Source: Prochlorococcus marinus subsp. pastoris str. CCMP1986
Lineage (GTDB): Bacteria > Cyanobacteriota > Cyanobacteriia > PCC-6307 > Cyanobiaceae
Direction: 5' to 3'
Length of the DNA stretch: 32,000 bases
NCBI RefSeq assembly: GCF_000011465.1
Contig: NC_005072.1
Location: 1,625,991 to 1,657,990, forward strand
Shown: positions 9,553 through 21,797 of the stretch, piece after piece
Numbering within the stretch: the stretch's first letter is position 1
Layout: each line of letters begins with the position of its first letter
Made by a program: the position numbers and the translations under genes
Notes under the pieces: model-generated
What the model was told of the DNA's origin: nothing
What the model saw: the letters and a program-made list of their open reading frames with translations, nothing else
The model's database searches: none

Positions 9553-12126
9553 ATGAAGAAATTGGAAACATTGCTCAAAGATTATGCAAATCATGTAGCT
9601 GAGAGAGCTACTAAAGGCATACCTCCATTACCACTAAATGCAGAACAGACTAACTGTATTACTAACCTCTTGGAGCAAAACACTAATTACGATAGTGAAT
9701 ATTTGCTAGATTTGCTCATAAATAGAGTACCGCCAGGGGTAGACGAGGCAGCATATGTAAAAGCAAGCTGGCTTACGGCAATTGCTCAAAGCGAAAAACA
9801 TTGCAGATACATTAACCCTGAGAGAGCAATTGAGATACTAGGCACAATGATAGGTGGATATAATGTTAATTCTCTGGTTGAAATACTTAAAGGGGAAAAT
9901 AGTTTACTAGCTAAAAAAGCAGCAGAGGTTTTAAAAAATATCATTCTTGTTTACGATTCGGCGAATGATATTTATGAATTATCTCAAAATAATATTTATG
10001 CACAAGAAGTAGTAAATAGTTGGGCAAATGCAGAATGGTTCAAAAGTAAAAAAGTTCTACAGGAAGAAATTACTTGTCTAGTATTCAAAATTGATGGTGA
10101 GACAAATACAGATGACTTATCTCCTGCAGTTCACGCGACAACTCGTCCTGATATACCATTGCACGCTTTGGCTATGCTCGAATTTAAAAAGCAAGATGGA
10201 TTAGAAATTCTTGATAATCTTAAAAAACAAGAGATCCCAATTGCTTATGTTGGAGATGTAGTAGGCACAGGTAGTTCAAGAAAATCAGCTATAAATTCAC
10301 TGATTTGGCATATTGGCGAAGATATACCTTTTGTACCAAATAAAAGAACGGGAGGAATAATAATTGGCAGCAAAATAGCTCCTATTTTCTTTAATACCGC
10401 ACAAGATTCAGGAGCACTTCCGATAGAGGCTGATGTATCCCAAATGAACACAGGAGATTTAATAAAGATATTTCCTTATGAAGGCGTTATTAAAAAAATT
10501 GAAAAAAATACTAATTATGAAATAGTAATAAGTCAATTCGACTTGTATCCATCAACTATTACTGATGAAATTCAAGCTGGAGGGAGAATAAATCTCATGA
10601 TTGGTCGTTCACTCACAGACAAGATTAGAAACAAATTAGATTATCAACCTAGTGAAATATTTATCAGGCCAAAAAATCCAAAAGAATTTAATTCTGGTTT
10701 TACTCAAGCACAAAAAATAGTAGGTAAAGCATGCGGTTTAAAGGGGGTTCGACCTGGAATGACCTGTGAACCAATTATGACGACAGTTGGGAGTCAAGAT
10801 ACTACTGGGCCCATGACGAGGGATGAACTTAAAGAATTAGCTTGTTTAGGATTCACTGCAGATTTAGTTATGCAAAGTTTTTGTCACACAGCTGCATATC
10901 CTAAACCAGTAGATTTGCTTACACATAAAGAATTACCTGACTTTATATCTCAAAGAGGTGGAGTAGCTCTAAAACCCGGGGATGGAATAATTCACAGCTG
11001 GCTTAACAGAATGCTCCTTCCTGATACTGTTGGTACAGGTGGAGATAGTCATACAAGATTCCCTCTTGGAATTTCATTTCCTGGAGGCTCGGGCATTGTT
11101 GCCTTTGCTGCTGCAATAGGATCAATGCCATTAAATATGCCAGAATCAGTACTCGTAAAATTTAAGGGCGATTTATTACCAGGCATAACCTTACGAGATT
11201 TAGTTAATGCAATCCCACTCTTTGCGATTAAAAAGGGACTTTTGACTGTTGAAAAAGCAAATAAAAAAAATATATTTAACGGAAAAATTATGGAAATTGA
11301 AGGATTGCCTAACTTAAAACTTGAACAAGCTTTCGAACTAACTGATGCTACTGCTGAACGCTCATGCGCTGGAAGCACAATACTTTTATCACAGGAAACT
11401 GTTCAAGAATACATAAGAAGCAATATTTGCCTTTTAGAAAAAATGATTGAGAGCAATTATGAAGATTCAAAGTCAATATCAAGAAGAATTAATGATATGA
11501 AAAATTGGTTAAAGAAACCTGAATTAATTCAGCCAGATCTGAATGCCAGTTACGAAGAAATAATTGAAATTGACTTATCTCAAGTTAAACAACCTATAGT
11601 TGCTTGTCCCAACGATCCAGACAATGTGAAAGAAATTGTTGATGTTGCAAATACAAATATTGATGAAGTTTTTATAGGTTCTTGTATGACAAACATTGGT
11701 CACTACAGGGCTGCCGCAAAAGTTCTTGAAGGTGTGAAAAATTTAAAGGCAAAACTATGGATTTGTCCACCCACAAAAATGGATGAGGAAACTCTGAAAC
11801 AAGAAGGTTACTATGAAATATTTGAAAATTGTGGTGCGAGATTAGAATTGCCTGGCTGTTCTTTATGCATGGGAAATCAAGCCAGAGTAGATGAAGGATC
11901 AATTGTATTTTCTACTAGTACAAGAAATTTTGACAATAGGCTTGGGAAAAATGCTCAAGTATTTTTAGGGAGTGCAGAATTAGCAGCAGTTTGTGCACTT
12001 CTTGGAAAAATTCCTGAAATAGAAGAATATCAGGATATTACTAAAAATAAAATTAATCCATATTCTGATGAACTTTATCGCTATCTTCAATTTGATGAAA
12101 TACACGATTTCAGCTTGTCAAAGTAA
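9553..12126 (+). CDS. acnB: aconitate hydratase B / 2-methylisocitrate dehydratase
   Basis: 857 aa. The N-terminal AcnB-specific HEAT-like domain contains RVPPGVDEAAYVKA. Fe-S ligand contexts are GDSHTRFPLG, GSCMTNIGH and GCSLCMGNQ. Confidence 0.95.
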   Translation: MKKLETLLKDYANHVAERATKGIPPLPLNAEQTNCITNLLEQNTNYDSEYLLDLLINRVPPGVDEAAYVKASWLTAIAQSEKHCRYINPERAIEILGTMIGGYNVNSLVEILKGENSLLAKKAAEVLKNIILVYDSANDIYELSQNNIYAQEVVNSWANAEWFKSKKVLQEEITCLVFKIDGETNTDDLSPAVHATTRPDIPLHALAMLEFKKQDGLEILDNLKKQEIPIAYVGDVVGTGSSRKSAINSLIWHIGEDIPFVPNKRTGGIIIGSKIAPIFFNTAQDSGALPIEADVSQMNTGDLIKIFPYEGVIKKIEKNTNYEIVISQFDLYPSTITDEIQAGGRINLMIGRSLTDKIRNKLDYQPSEIFIRPKNPKEFNSGFTQAQKIVGKACGLKGVRPGMTCEPIMTTVGSQDTTGPMTRDELKELACLGFTADLVMQSFCHTAAYPKPVDLLTHKELPDFISQRGGVALKPGDGIIHSWLNRMLLPDTVGTGGDSHTRFPLGISFPGGSGIVAFAAAIGSMPLNMPESVLVKFKGDLLPGITLRDLVNAIPLFAIKKGLLTVEKANKKNIFNGKIMEIEGLPNLKLEQAFELTDATAERSCAGSTILLSQETVQEYIRSNICLLEKMIESNYEDSKSISRRINDMKNWLKKPELIQPDLNASYEEIIEIDLSQVKQPIVACPNDPDNVKEIVDVANTNIDEVFIGSCMTNIGHYRAAAKVLEGVKNLKAKLWICPPTKMDEETLKQEGYYEIFENCGARLELPGCSLCMGNQARVDEGSIVFSTSTRNFDNRLGKNAQVFLGSAELAAVCALLGKIPEIEEYQDITKNKINPYSDELYRYLQFDEIHDFSLSK

Positions 12127-12135
12127 TCATGGACT

Positions 12136-13494
12136 ATGCGAAACCTTATAAAAGAAAATATTAAAAAAACAGGAAATAACTCTTCTCGAAGCATTAAAAA
12201 ATTACTTAAACAAAGATCTTTTGTTGTTTTCATATCAATTCTATTAACAGGTTTAGGGGCATCAATTACTAGTATTTCTTTTAAAACTGGAATTTATTTT
12301 ATAAATAATTGGAGATTAGAACTTTTAAATCATTTTCCGTCTGTTGCAGTCCTACCACTATTTGGTGCAGTTGGTGGAGCTATTGCAGGATTTTTGATTA
12401 AAAATTTTGCTCCTGCAGCGAAAGGTTCAGGTGTAAGTCAAATCATGGGATTTTTAAGACATAAAAAAGTACCTATGAATCTTAAAGTTGGATTAGTCAA
12501 ATTAATATCTGGAATCATTGCAATCGGAAGCGGGTTCCCTTTGGGTCCTGAAGGTCCATCAGTTCAAATGGGGGGTTCAGTTGCTTGGCAAATGGCAAGA
12601 TGGCTAAAAGCTCCTCTAGCATTTAGAAGAGTAATAGTTGCTGCTGGAGGTGGAGCTGGAATAGCAGCAGTATTTAGCGCTCCTTTGGGTGGCTTCATTT
12701 ACGCAATTGAAGAATTATTAAATTCTGCAAGACCAGTAATCTTATTATTAGTCGTAATTACAACTTTCATAGCAGATTCATCTGCAGATATTATTCAAGC
12801 CTTGGGTTTAGATCCAAAAGCCGGGGGTTTTGATTTCAATCTAGGCTTTTTAATCCAAAAAGAATATGATCCATCTGTCTTTTTCTTACCTATTGATTTT
12901 ATTTACCTTGTGTTACTTGGAATAATTATTGGATTATTCGCAGAACTTTATAGTAAGTATGTTCTTTTTATGCAAAAGCTTGGAAAAAAATGGTATAAAA
13001 ATAAATTTGTTCTAAAAATGAGTATTTGCGGACTTTTACTTGGAAGCATTTATTCTTTTTTGCCTAGCTCTTTCCATAATTTAGATGAATTGCAAAAAAT
13101 AATAGTCGAAAAGAATACGAATATTGAAATAGCCTTTTTAGCTGTATTTATACTTTTTATAACAACAGGATTAGCCGCTGCATCTGGAGCCCCTGGAGGG
13201 CTATTCTATCCGATGCTCACTTTAGGAGGAGCTATTGGATTAATCATGGGAACCTGGGTAGAAATTGCTACAGGTCATGCCCCAAGTACATATATATTTG
13301 CTGGAATGGGGGCATTTGTAGCTGGATGTTCAAGAACACCAATAACTGCAATGTTCTTAGCTTTTGCTTTAACAAAAAATTTATTAATTATGAAGCCCGT
13401 TCTCATTAGCTGTATTGCAAGTTTCCTAGTAGCAAGAGCGTTTAATGAAGAATCAATTTATGAAAGACAAATTCAAATTGAATTAGAAGATTAA
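12136..13494 (+). CDS. ClC family chloride channel / H+:Cl- antiporter
   Basis: 452-aa polytopic protein. Selectivity-filter-like motifs are GSGVSQI, GPEGPSVQMG (gating Glu context) and GGFIYAIEE. Confidence 0.85.
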   Translation: MRNLIKENIKKTGNNSSRSIKKLLKQRSFVVFISILLTGLGASITSISFKTGIYFINNWRLELLNHFPSVAVLPLFGAVGGAIAGFLIKNFAPAAKGSGVSQIMGFLRHKKVPMNLKVGLVKLISGIIAIGSGFPLGPEGPSVQMGGSVAWQMARWLKAPLAFRRVIVAAGGGAGIAAVFSAPLGGFIYAIEELLNSARPVILLLVVITTFIADSSADIIQALGLDPKAGGFDFNLGFLIQKEYDPSVFFLPIDFIYLVLLGIIIGLFAELYSKYVLFMQKLGKKWYKNKFVLKMSICGLLLGSIYSFLPSSFHNLDELQKIIVEKNTNIEIAFLAVFILFITTGLAAASGAPGGLFYPMLTLGGAIGLIMGTWVEIATGHAPSTYIFAGMGAFVAGCSRTPITAMFLAFALTKNLLIMKPVLISCIASFLVARAFNEESIYERQIQIELED

Positions 13495-13503
13495 AAATTA
13501 TTT

Positions 13504-14358
13504 TCAATCAAAAACAGCGGTTTTGCTCTTATAAACAAATACTTGATGATTTAGATGTAATCTAACAGCCCTTGCCAAAGCAACTCTCTCTATGTCCCTA
13601 CCTTTTCGAATCAAATCATCAACTTCATCTCTATGACTTACATTGACAGTACATTGTTCAATAATTGGGCCCTCATCAAGATCTTTAGTTACATAATGTG
13701 CTGTAGCACCTATTAATTTTACACCCCTTTTCCATGCACGATGATATGGTTGAGCGCCCTTAAAAGCAGGTAAGAAAGAATGATGAATATTTATTATTGA
13801 TGAAAACTTTTGCACAAAAGAATCACTCAAAATTTGCATATATTTAGCTAATACAACAAAATCGATATCAAATTGATCGATTAATTTTAAAATCTGATCT
13901 TCAACATCAGATTTCGAGGAATTAACAGTATCAAAATAAACAAATTGTGAATTAAAGTCATTCGCAATACTTTCAAGATCAGGATGATTAGAAATTATTA
14001 ATGGGACATTCATTTTAAGTTCGCCATTTCTTACTCGCCAAAGTAAATCAATTAAACAATGATTTTGTTTACTCACAAAAATAGCAACATTCGGAATCTC
14101 ATCTGAATAATTAATATTAAATTTTCCATTTATATCAACTGCAATTGTTTGAAACTTATCATAAATATCCTTTCTATTAATTGTTGTATGGATACTATTC
14201 CACTCAATCCTACTAAGAAATAGTCCCGCATCTTGATCTGTATGATGATCTGAATGCTTGATATTGCCACCATAATCGGATATCCAACTTGTAAGCTTAC
14301 TTACTAAGCCTGGACGATCAGGACAAACAATTTTGAATATAATTGAGGGATGTTCCAA
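13504..14358 (-). CDS. purU: formyltetrahydrofolate deformylase
   Basis: 284 aa. An N-terminal ACT-like domain (CPDRPGLVSKLTSWISDYGGNI) is followed by a formyltransferase core (NIHHSFLPAFKGAQPYHRA, GATAHYVTKDLDEGPII). TTG start with no nearby ATG. Confidence 0.9.
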   Translation of the reverse strand: MEHPSIIFKIVCPDRPGLVSKLTSWISDYGGNIKHSDHHTDQDAGLFLSRIEWNSIHTTINRKDIYDKFQTIAVDINGKFNINYSDEIPNVAIFVSKQNHCLIDLLWRVRNGELKMNVPLIISNHPDLESIANDFNSQFVYFDTVNSSKSDVEDQILKLIDQFDIDFVVLAKYMQILSDSFVQKFSSIINIHHSFLPAFKGAQPYHRAWKRGVKLIGATAHYVTKDLDEGPIIEQCTVNVSHRDEVDDLIRKGRDIERVALARAVRLHLNHQVFVYKSKTAVFD

Positions 14359-14406
14359 AGAAAATTTAATTGTTTAATCAAATAAGTAAGTACACCTAAT
14401 ATATCA

Positions 14407-17405
<2,999 letters not shown>

Positions 17406-17507
17406 TTAATATTCTCCATAATCGGTCATTGACGACATTATTGTTACTCTGAAACGGGGTGTGGTTCCCGAACAGATTACAATTTTCCTGCAAAATTCTT
17501 CTTAATA

Positions 17508-18365
17508 ATGATTACAAGTAAAACATCATTTCTTGCTTTGATTGGAAACCCAGTAAGTCATTCTTTGTCTCCAATTATGCAAAATGCAGCTATTCAATAT
17601 TTAGGCCTTGATTTAATTTATATGGCTATACCTTGTAAAAATGAAGACTTAGAAATAGTTGTTAATTCTATAAAAAAAATGAATTGTAAAGGTTTGAACA
17701 TTACAATTCCTTTTAAGCAAAAAGTATTTGATATGTGTAGTGAAATATCTCCAGTTGCAAAGAAAGTGAAAGCTATTAATACCCTGAAATTAAACGATAA
17801 TAAAAATTGGATTGGAACAAATACTGATATTGATGGATTTATCTATCCTTTAAAAAATCTTAATTTAATAAAAAAGAGTTCATTAATTTTAGGTTCTGGA
17901 GGAGCAGCTAGATCAGTAATCCAAGGTCTAATAGAATTAAAATTATCAAAAATTACAATCATTTCACGAAAAAGAAATTCTTTAAATGAATTAATTACCA
18001 ATTTTAAAAATGATATCGAAATAAAAGGTTTGCTTAGTACTAATAACGAAATTAAAAATTTAATTCAAGAAACTGATTTAATAATCAATACAACTCCAGT
18101 AGGAATGAGCAATACCACTAATACTGATGAATTACCATTTGGTCAAGGTTTTTGGGATTCCATAAATTCCAAGACGATTGTTTATGACCTGATTTACAAT
18201 CCTTCTCCCACTCCGTTCTTAAAATTTTGCGATAAAAAAGGATGCATGACTATAGATGGTACTCAAATGCTAATTGCTCAAGGAGCAAAATCATTATCAT
18301 TCTGGACAAACGGATTAGAAGTACCTTATGAGGTTATGCATGATGCATTAAAAGAATATCTTTAA
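17508..18365 (+). CDS. aroE: shikimate 5-dehydrogenase
   Basis: 285 aa. It has the GNPVSHSLSPIMQNAA substrate-binding N-terminus, NITIPFK, and the GSGGAARSV NADP-binding loop. Confidence 0.88.
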   Translation: MITSKTSFLALIGNPVSHSLSPIMQNAAIQYLGLDLIYMAIPCKNEDLEIVVNSIKKMNCKGLNITIPFKQKVFDMCSEISPVAKKVKAINTLKLNDNKNWIGTNTDIDGFIYPLKNLNLIKKSSLILGSGGAARSVIQGLIELKLSKITIISRKRNSLNELITNFKNDIEIKGLLSTNNEIKNLIQETDLIINTTPVGMSNTTNTDELPFGQGFWDSINSKTIVYDLIYNPSPTPFLKFCDKKGCMTIDGTQMLIAQGAKSLSFWTNGLEVPYEVMHDALKEYL

Positions 18366-18426
18366 TCAAAAAATTAAATGCTATTTATAAAGAATTTGAC
18401 CTTGATAATGTATCGTAAGTAATGAA

Positions 18427-18468
18427 CAGACGCTCATTAAGCATATTCTGAGCCAAAGACCTTGTCTG
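18427..18468 (+). promoter_or_regulatory. candidate structured 5' leader immediately upstream of the rpsF start codon
   Basis: CAGAC(18427-31)+GCTCA(18432-36) pair with TGAGC(18449-53) and GTCTG(18464-68). That gives a 12-nt apical loop and a 10-nt 3' bulge. The structure ends 6 nt before ATG 18475. The arms are 60% GC in an AT-rich spacer. Confidence 0.3.
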
Positions 18469-18474
18469 AAAATT

Positions 18475-18939
18475 ATGACTGATCAAATTTATTACGAAAC
18501 AATGTACATTCTTCGTCCCGATATAGCTGAGGACGAGGTAACTAATCATATAGATAAATATAATAAACTTCTTGAGGAATCAGGGGGTAAAATCCTCGAC
18601 AGTCAAATGAGAGGTAAAAGAAGATTAGCTTATCAAATAGCAAAACATAGAGAAGGTATTTATGTTCAATTAAGTCATCAAGGTGATGGCCAACACATTT
18701 TCAAAATAGAAAAAGCAATGCGTTTAAGTGAAGATGTTATTAGATATTTAACAGTAAAACAAGAAGGACCTTTACCTACGCCAAGATCTTCAAATAAAGG
18801 ATATAATCAATCAGAGAAAAAAGATATTGAGAGTATTGATTCAACTAATAAATCAGAATTTAAAGAGGAAGCTAATGATAAAAAAACGGCAACTTCTGAA
18901 TCTACATCATCTCAAGGTAAAGAGTCTCAAAAGTCTTGA
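18475..18939 (+). CDS. rpsF: 30S ribosomal protein S6 with a long low-complexity C-terminal tail
   Basis: N-terminal [10 protein letters not shown] and GKRRLAYQI, plus the ...VIRYLTV fold end at about residue 95, match S6. Residues ~96-154 are a Ser/Lys/Glu/Thr-rich tail. Confidence 0.88.
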   Translation: MTDQIYYETMYILRPDIAEDEVTNHIDKYNKLLEESGGKILDSQMRGKRRLAYQIAKHREGIYVQLSHQGDGQHIFKIEKAMRLSEDVIRYLTVKQEGPLPTPRSSNKGYNQSEKKDIESIDSTNKSEFKEEANDKKTATSESTSSQGKESQKS

Positions 18940-18942
18940 ACG

Positions 18943-20157
18943 CTATTTATTCTTTTTTGAATTTAATTCTGCCCATATTTTATTGGACATCCCCCACATA
19001 TAAATAAATCCTTCTGCTTGCTTGTGATTAAAAATATCATCTTTACTATAAGTTGCCAAATCTTCCCTATAGAGAGAGTTATTTTGAGAAGAACGACCAA
19101 TTACTATCGCATTTCCCTTATGTAATCTTATTTTGACCTTACCGTTAACAGATGATTGAGTGGAATCAATAAAACCATCTAATGCTTGCTTGAGAGGACC
19201 AAACCAAAATCCCTGATAAACTAATTGACCCCATTTTTTTTCTACTATATTTTTAAAATCTAATACATCTGGATTTAATGTTATGCTTTCCAATTCTTTG
19301 TGAGCTTTTATAAGAAGTAAAAGGCCGGGCGCCTCATAGATTTCTCTGCTCTTAATACCGACAACTCTATCTTCAATCATATCTATTCTTCCAAAGCCAT
19401 GTTCGCCTGCTAGAGAATTAGCCTTTTGAATAATCTCTACAGGACTTAAAAATTCATTTCCTATTGCAATAGGAAATCCATTTTGAAATATAATTTCTAC
19501 GTCTTTTGGAGCATTTGGTGCGTTATTAATAGATGAAGTCATATCAAAAACGTCTTCATCTGGTTCTTGCATTGGATCTTCCAATAAACCAGCTTCAATA
19601 CTACGACCAAGAAGATTCACATCAATCGAATAAGGAGACTTCTTAGAAACAGGAGCTGGAATTCCAAATTTTTCACCATACAAAATAGCTTCTTCTCTAC
19701 TCATCTTCCATTCTCTAGCAGGTGTAATTATCTGTAAATCAGGTCCTAAAGCATGAATAGCCAAATCAAATCTTACTTGATCATTTCCTTTTCCTGTACA
19801 GCCGTGCGCCACTGCATCAGCATTTAGTTCTCTTGCTAAATTTACGAGATTTTCAGCTATCAGTGGTCTAGCCAAAGCAGTTGATAAAGGATACTTTTCT
19901 CCATAAAGTGCATTCGCTCTAATAGCAGGAAAAGCATACTTTTCTACAAAATTATCTACTAAATTCCCAATCACAGATTTTGTTGCACCTGAATTTAAGG
20001 CTTTTTGTCTAACAATCTCTAAATCATCTCCTTGGCCAAGATCAGCTACAAAAGTTACAACTTCTGAAATACCGTATTCATTTTTTAAATATGGAATGCA
20101 GACACTAGTATCAACTCCTCCAGAATATGCAAGAACAACTTTTTTTACCTGCTGCAT
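18943..20157 (-). CDS. argG: argininosuccinate synthase
   Basis: 404 aa with the [15 protein letters not shown]-loop and [15 protein letters not shown] strong GGAGG Shine-Dalgarno (complement of 20167-20171) lies 9 nt upstream of the ATG. Confidence 0.95.
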   Translation of the reverse strand: MQQVKKVVLAYSGGVDTSVCIPYLKNEYGISEVVTFVADLGQGDDLEIVRQKALNSGATKSVIGNLVDNFVEKYAFPAIRANALYGEKYPLSTALARPLIAENLVNLARELNADAVAHGCTGKGNDQVRFDLAIHALGPDLQIITPAREWKMSREEAILYGEKFGIPAPVSKKSPYSIDVNLLGRSIEAGLLEDPMQEPDEDVFDMTSSINNAPNAPKDVEIIFQNGFPIAIGNEFLSPVEIIQKANSLAGEHGFGRIDMIEDRVVGIKSREIYEAPGLLLLIKAHKELESITLNPDVLDFKNIVEKKWGQLVYQGFWFGPLKQALDGFIDSTQSSVNGKVKIRLHKGNAIVIGRSSQNNSLYREDLATYSKDDIFNHKQAEGFIYMWGMSNKIWAELNSKKNK

Positions 20158-20176
20158 TAAAATTTACCTCCAGTAA

Positions 20177-20210
20177 AGAAAGCTGAAATCCTAATTACTT
20201 TCAGCTTTCT
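20177..20210 (-). other. perfect 12-bp stem-loop between the 61-codon ORF and argG
   Basis: AGAAAGCTGAAA (20177-20188) and TTTCAGCTTTCT (20199-20210) are exact reverse complements separated by a 10-nt loop. The upstream arm on the minus strand contains two bases of the small ORF's TAG stop (20209-20211). The structure ends 5 nt upstream of the argG GGAGG. No U-tract follows it on the minus strand (UUACUGG). Confidence 0.6.
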
Positions 20211-20394
20211 AAATTTTATTAAAAACTAATATTATTGTAACTACAAGTGCCGGACCACAAACTAATAAAAGTACAAGATAATTATTAATTAATAAAAAAT
20301 CTGGCTTTAAAAAGCCATAGTATTTAAAAAAAATGGCTAACAAGACTGACATTGGCCAAATTAGAAAATATTTTAAATTTTCTTTATCAAACAA
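20209..20394 (-). CDS. small hypothetical membrane protein (61 codons, two predicted TM helices)
   Basis: The ORF is in an otherwise unassigned gap and has two hydrophobic stretches. The annotated start is TTG; an internal ATG (Met15) would give 47 aa. No recognisable family. Confidence 0.35.
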   Translation of the reverse strand: MFDKENLKYFLIWPMSVLLAIFFKYYGFLKPDFLLINNYLVLLLVCGPALVVTIILVFNKI

Positions 20395-20448
20395 AATTCT
20401 TCAAGTACATGTTTATGTATTATGGTATATAAATAAAGATTTTTTTAA

Positions 20449-20727
20449 ATGGATTCTAATAAACTCAAAATTAGATTAAACGAAATTGCTGAAGTAAATC
20501 CAGCCTTAACTTGCTATCACAGAGAAGACCCTGCTCCTGTACTGCCATTAAGAGAAGAACCTGATTTGCTATCTTGGCTAGAAGACACAGGCAGACTTGT
20601 AAACGAAAAAGATGGAGATTCTCAAGAGATAAGTACAATTGAAGAAGAAGAACTTTCAGCTTTAATGGGAGAAAAAGAAGATTATAAAACCGAAGAAGAC
20701 GTTTCAAATGATGATTGGGAAGACTAG
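20449..20727 (+). CDS. small acidic conserved hypothetical protein (resembles cyanobacterial DUF3134 family)
   Basis: 92 aa with an ATG start. The segment NPALTCYHREDPAPVLPLREEPDLLSWLEDTGRL resembles what I recall of DUF3134 proteins. The C-terminal half is strongly Glu/Asp-rich. The last 20 nt overlap the mraY start. Confidence 0.55.
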   Translation: MDSNKLKIRLNEIAEVNPALTCYHREDPAPVLPLREEPDLLSWLEDTGRLVNEKDGDSQEISTIEEEELSALMGEKEDYKTEEDVSNDDWED

Positions 20728-21787
20728 ATCGCTAACTTTTACATCATTATTTTTTTTACTTGTAATTTCATTAATAGTAAATTCTTACATTTTCAATAGT
20801 TTACTAATAATTAATATTTTTCTAATATCAAGTTTAATTTCCTTAGTAATAACAAAATATGGTTTTAAAATAATTTCACGATTAAATTTATTACAAAATA
20901 TTAGAAGTGAAGGTCCATCTCTTCATTTTAATAAAACAAATACTCCTACGATGGGCGGAATATTTATTATTTTGCCCTTTTTATTACTACTTTTAATAGT
21001 TAATAATTACGTTGATTCTGTTGGTATATTATTATTATTTTTTTGTACTATAAGTTTTTTTATTATAGGATTTTTAGACGATTATTTAAGTATTGCAAAC
21101 AAAAAAAATGCAGGTCTAAAATCTAATGAAAAATTTACATTACAAGCTTTAATTGCAGTTTTATTTATCATATTTGCAAGTCAAAGCAATTATATTAATC
21201 CTTTGATCACTATATCTAATAATTGGAATATGGATACTAATATAGTAATTTTTCCAATCTGTTTTTTAACTTTAGTAGGTTTAAGTAATGCAGTAAATTT
21301 GACTGACGGCCTAGATGGATTAGCAGCTGGATGTAGCGCAATAGTTTTTTTTGGACTTGGTACGGAAATATTTATTAAAGGTCAAAAAGATTTAATAATT
21401 TATGGTCTTATTTCCTATGCAATGTCAGGTTTGTGTATAGGTTTTCTAAAATACAACAAATATCCTGCAAAGATATTTATGGGAGATACTGGATCTTTAA
21501 CAATTGGTGCGGCGTTAGGATCTATTTCAATATTAACTAATAGTTTTTTTACGTTATTTATTATCTCAGGGATATTTATTACTGAAGCTCTATCAGTAAT
21601 GATTCAAGTAAGTTTTTTTAAAATCACCAAAAAGTTATTTAAAAAAGGGAAAAGAGTCTTTTTGATGACACCAATACATCATCATTTTGAACTAAAGGGT
21701 ATCAAAGAAGAGAAAATAGTTGAAAACTTCTGGAAAGTAAACATATTACTTATTGTTTTAGGTATAGTTTTAAAAATAAATCTTTGA
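20708..21787 (+). CDS. mraY: phospho-N-acetylmuramoyl-pentapeptide transferase
   Basis: 359-aa polytopic protein with TPTMGG, NAVNLTDGLDGLA, GDTGSL and PIHHHFE motifs. Confidence 0.93.
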   Translation: MMIGKTRSLTFTSLFFLLVISLIVNSYIFNSLLIINIFLISSLISLVITKYGFKIISRLNLLQNIRSEGPSLHFNKTNTPTMGGIFIILPFLLLLLIVNNYVDSVGILLLFFCTISFFIIGFLDDYLSIANKKNAGLKSNEKFTLQALIAVLFIIFASQSNYINPLITISNNWNMDTNIVIFPICFLTLVGLSNAVNLTDGLDGLAAGCSAIVFFGLGTEIFIKGQKDLIIYGLISYAMSGLCIGFLKYNKYPAKIFMGDTGSLTIGAALGSISILTNSFFTLFIISGIFITEALSVMIQVSFFKITKKLFKKGKRVFLMTPIHHHFELKGIKEEKIVENFWKVNILLIVLGIVLKINL

Positions 21788-21797
21788 ATTATTAAGT

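Noticed and set aside
20471-20707. 78-codon Leu-rich ORF antisense to the small acidic protein gene
   Set aside because: The Leu/Phe-rich product is what the reverse complement of GAA/GAG/GAT-rich coding sequence yields. The sense frame has an ATG start and a conserved-looking N-terminal motif.
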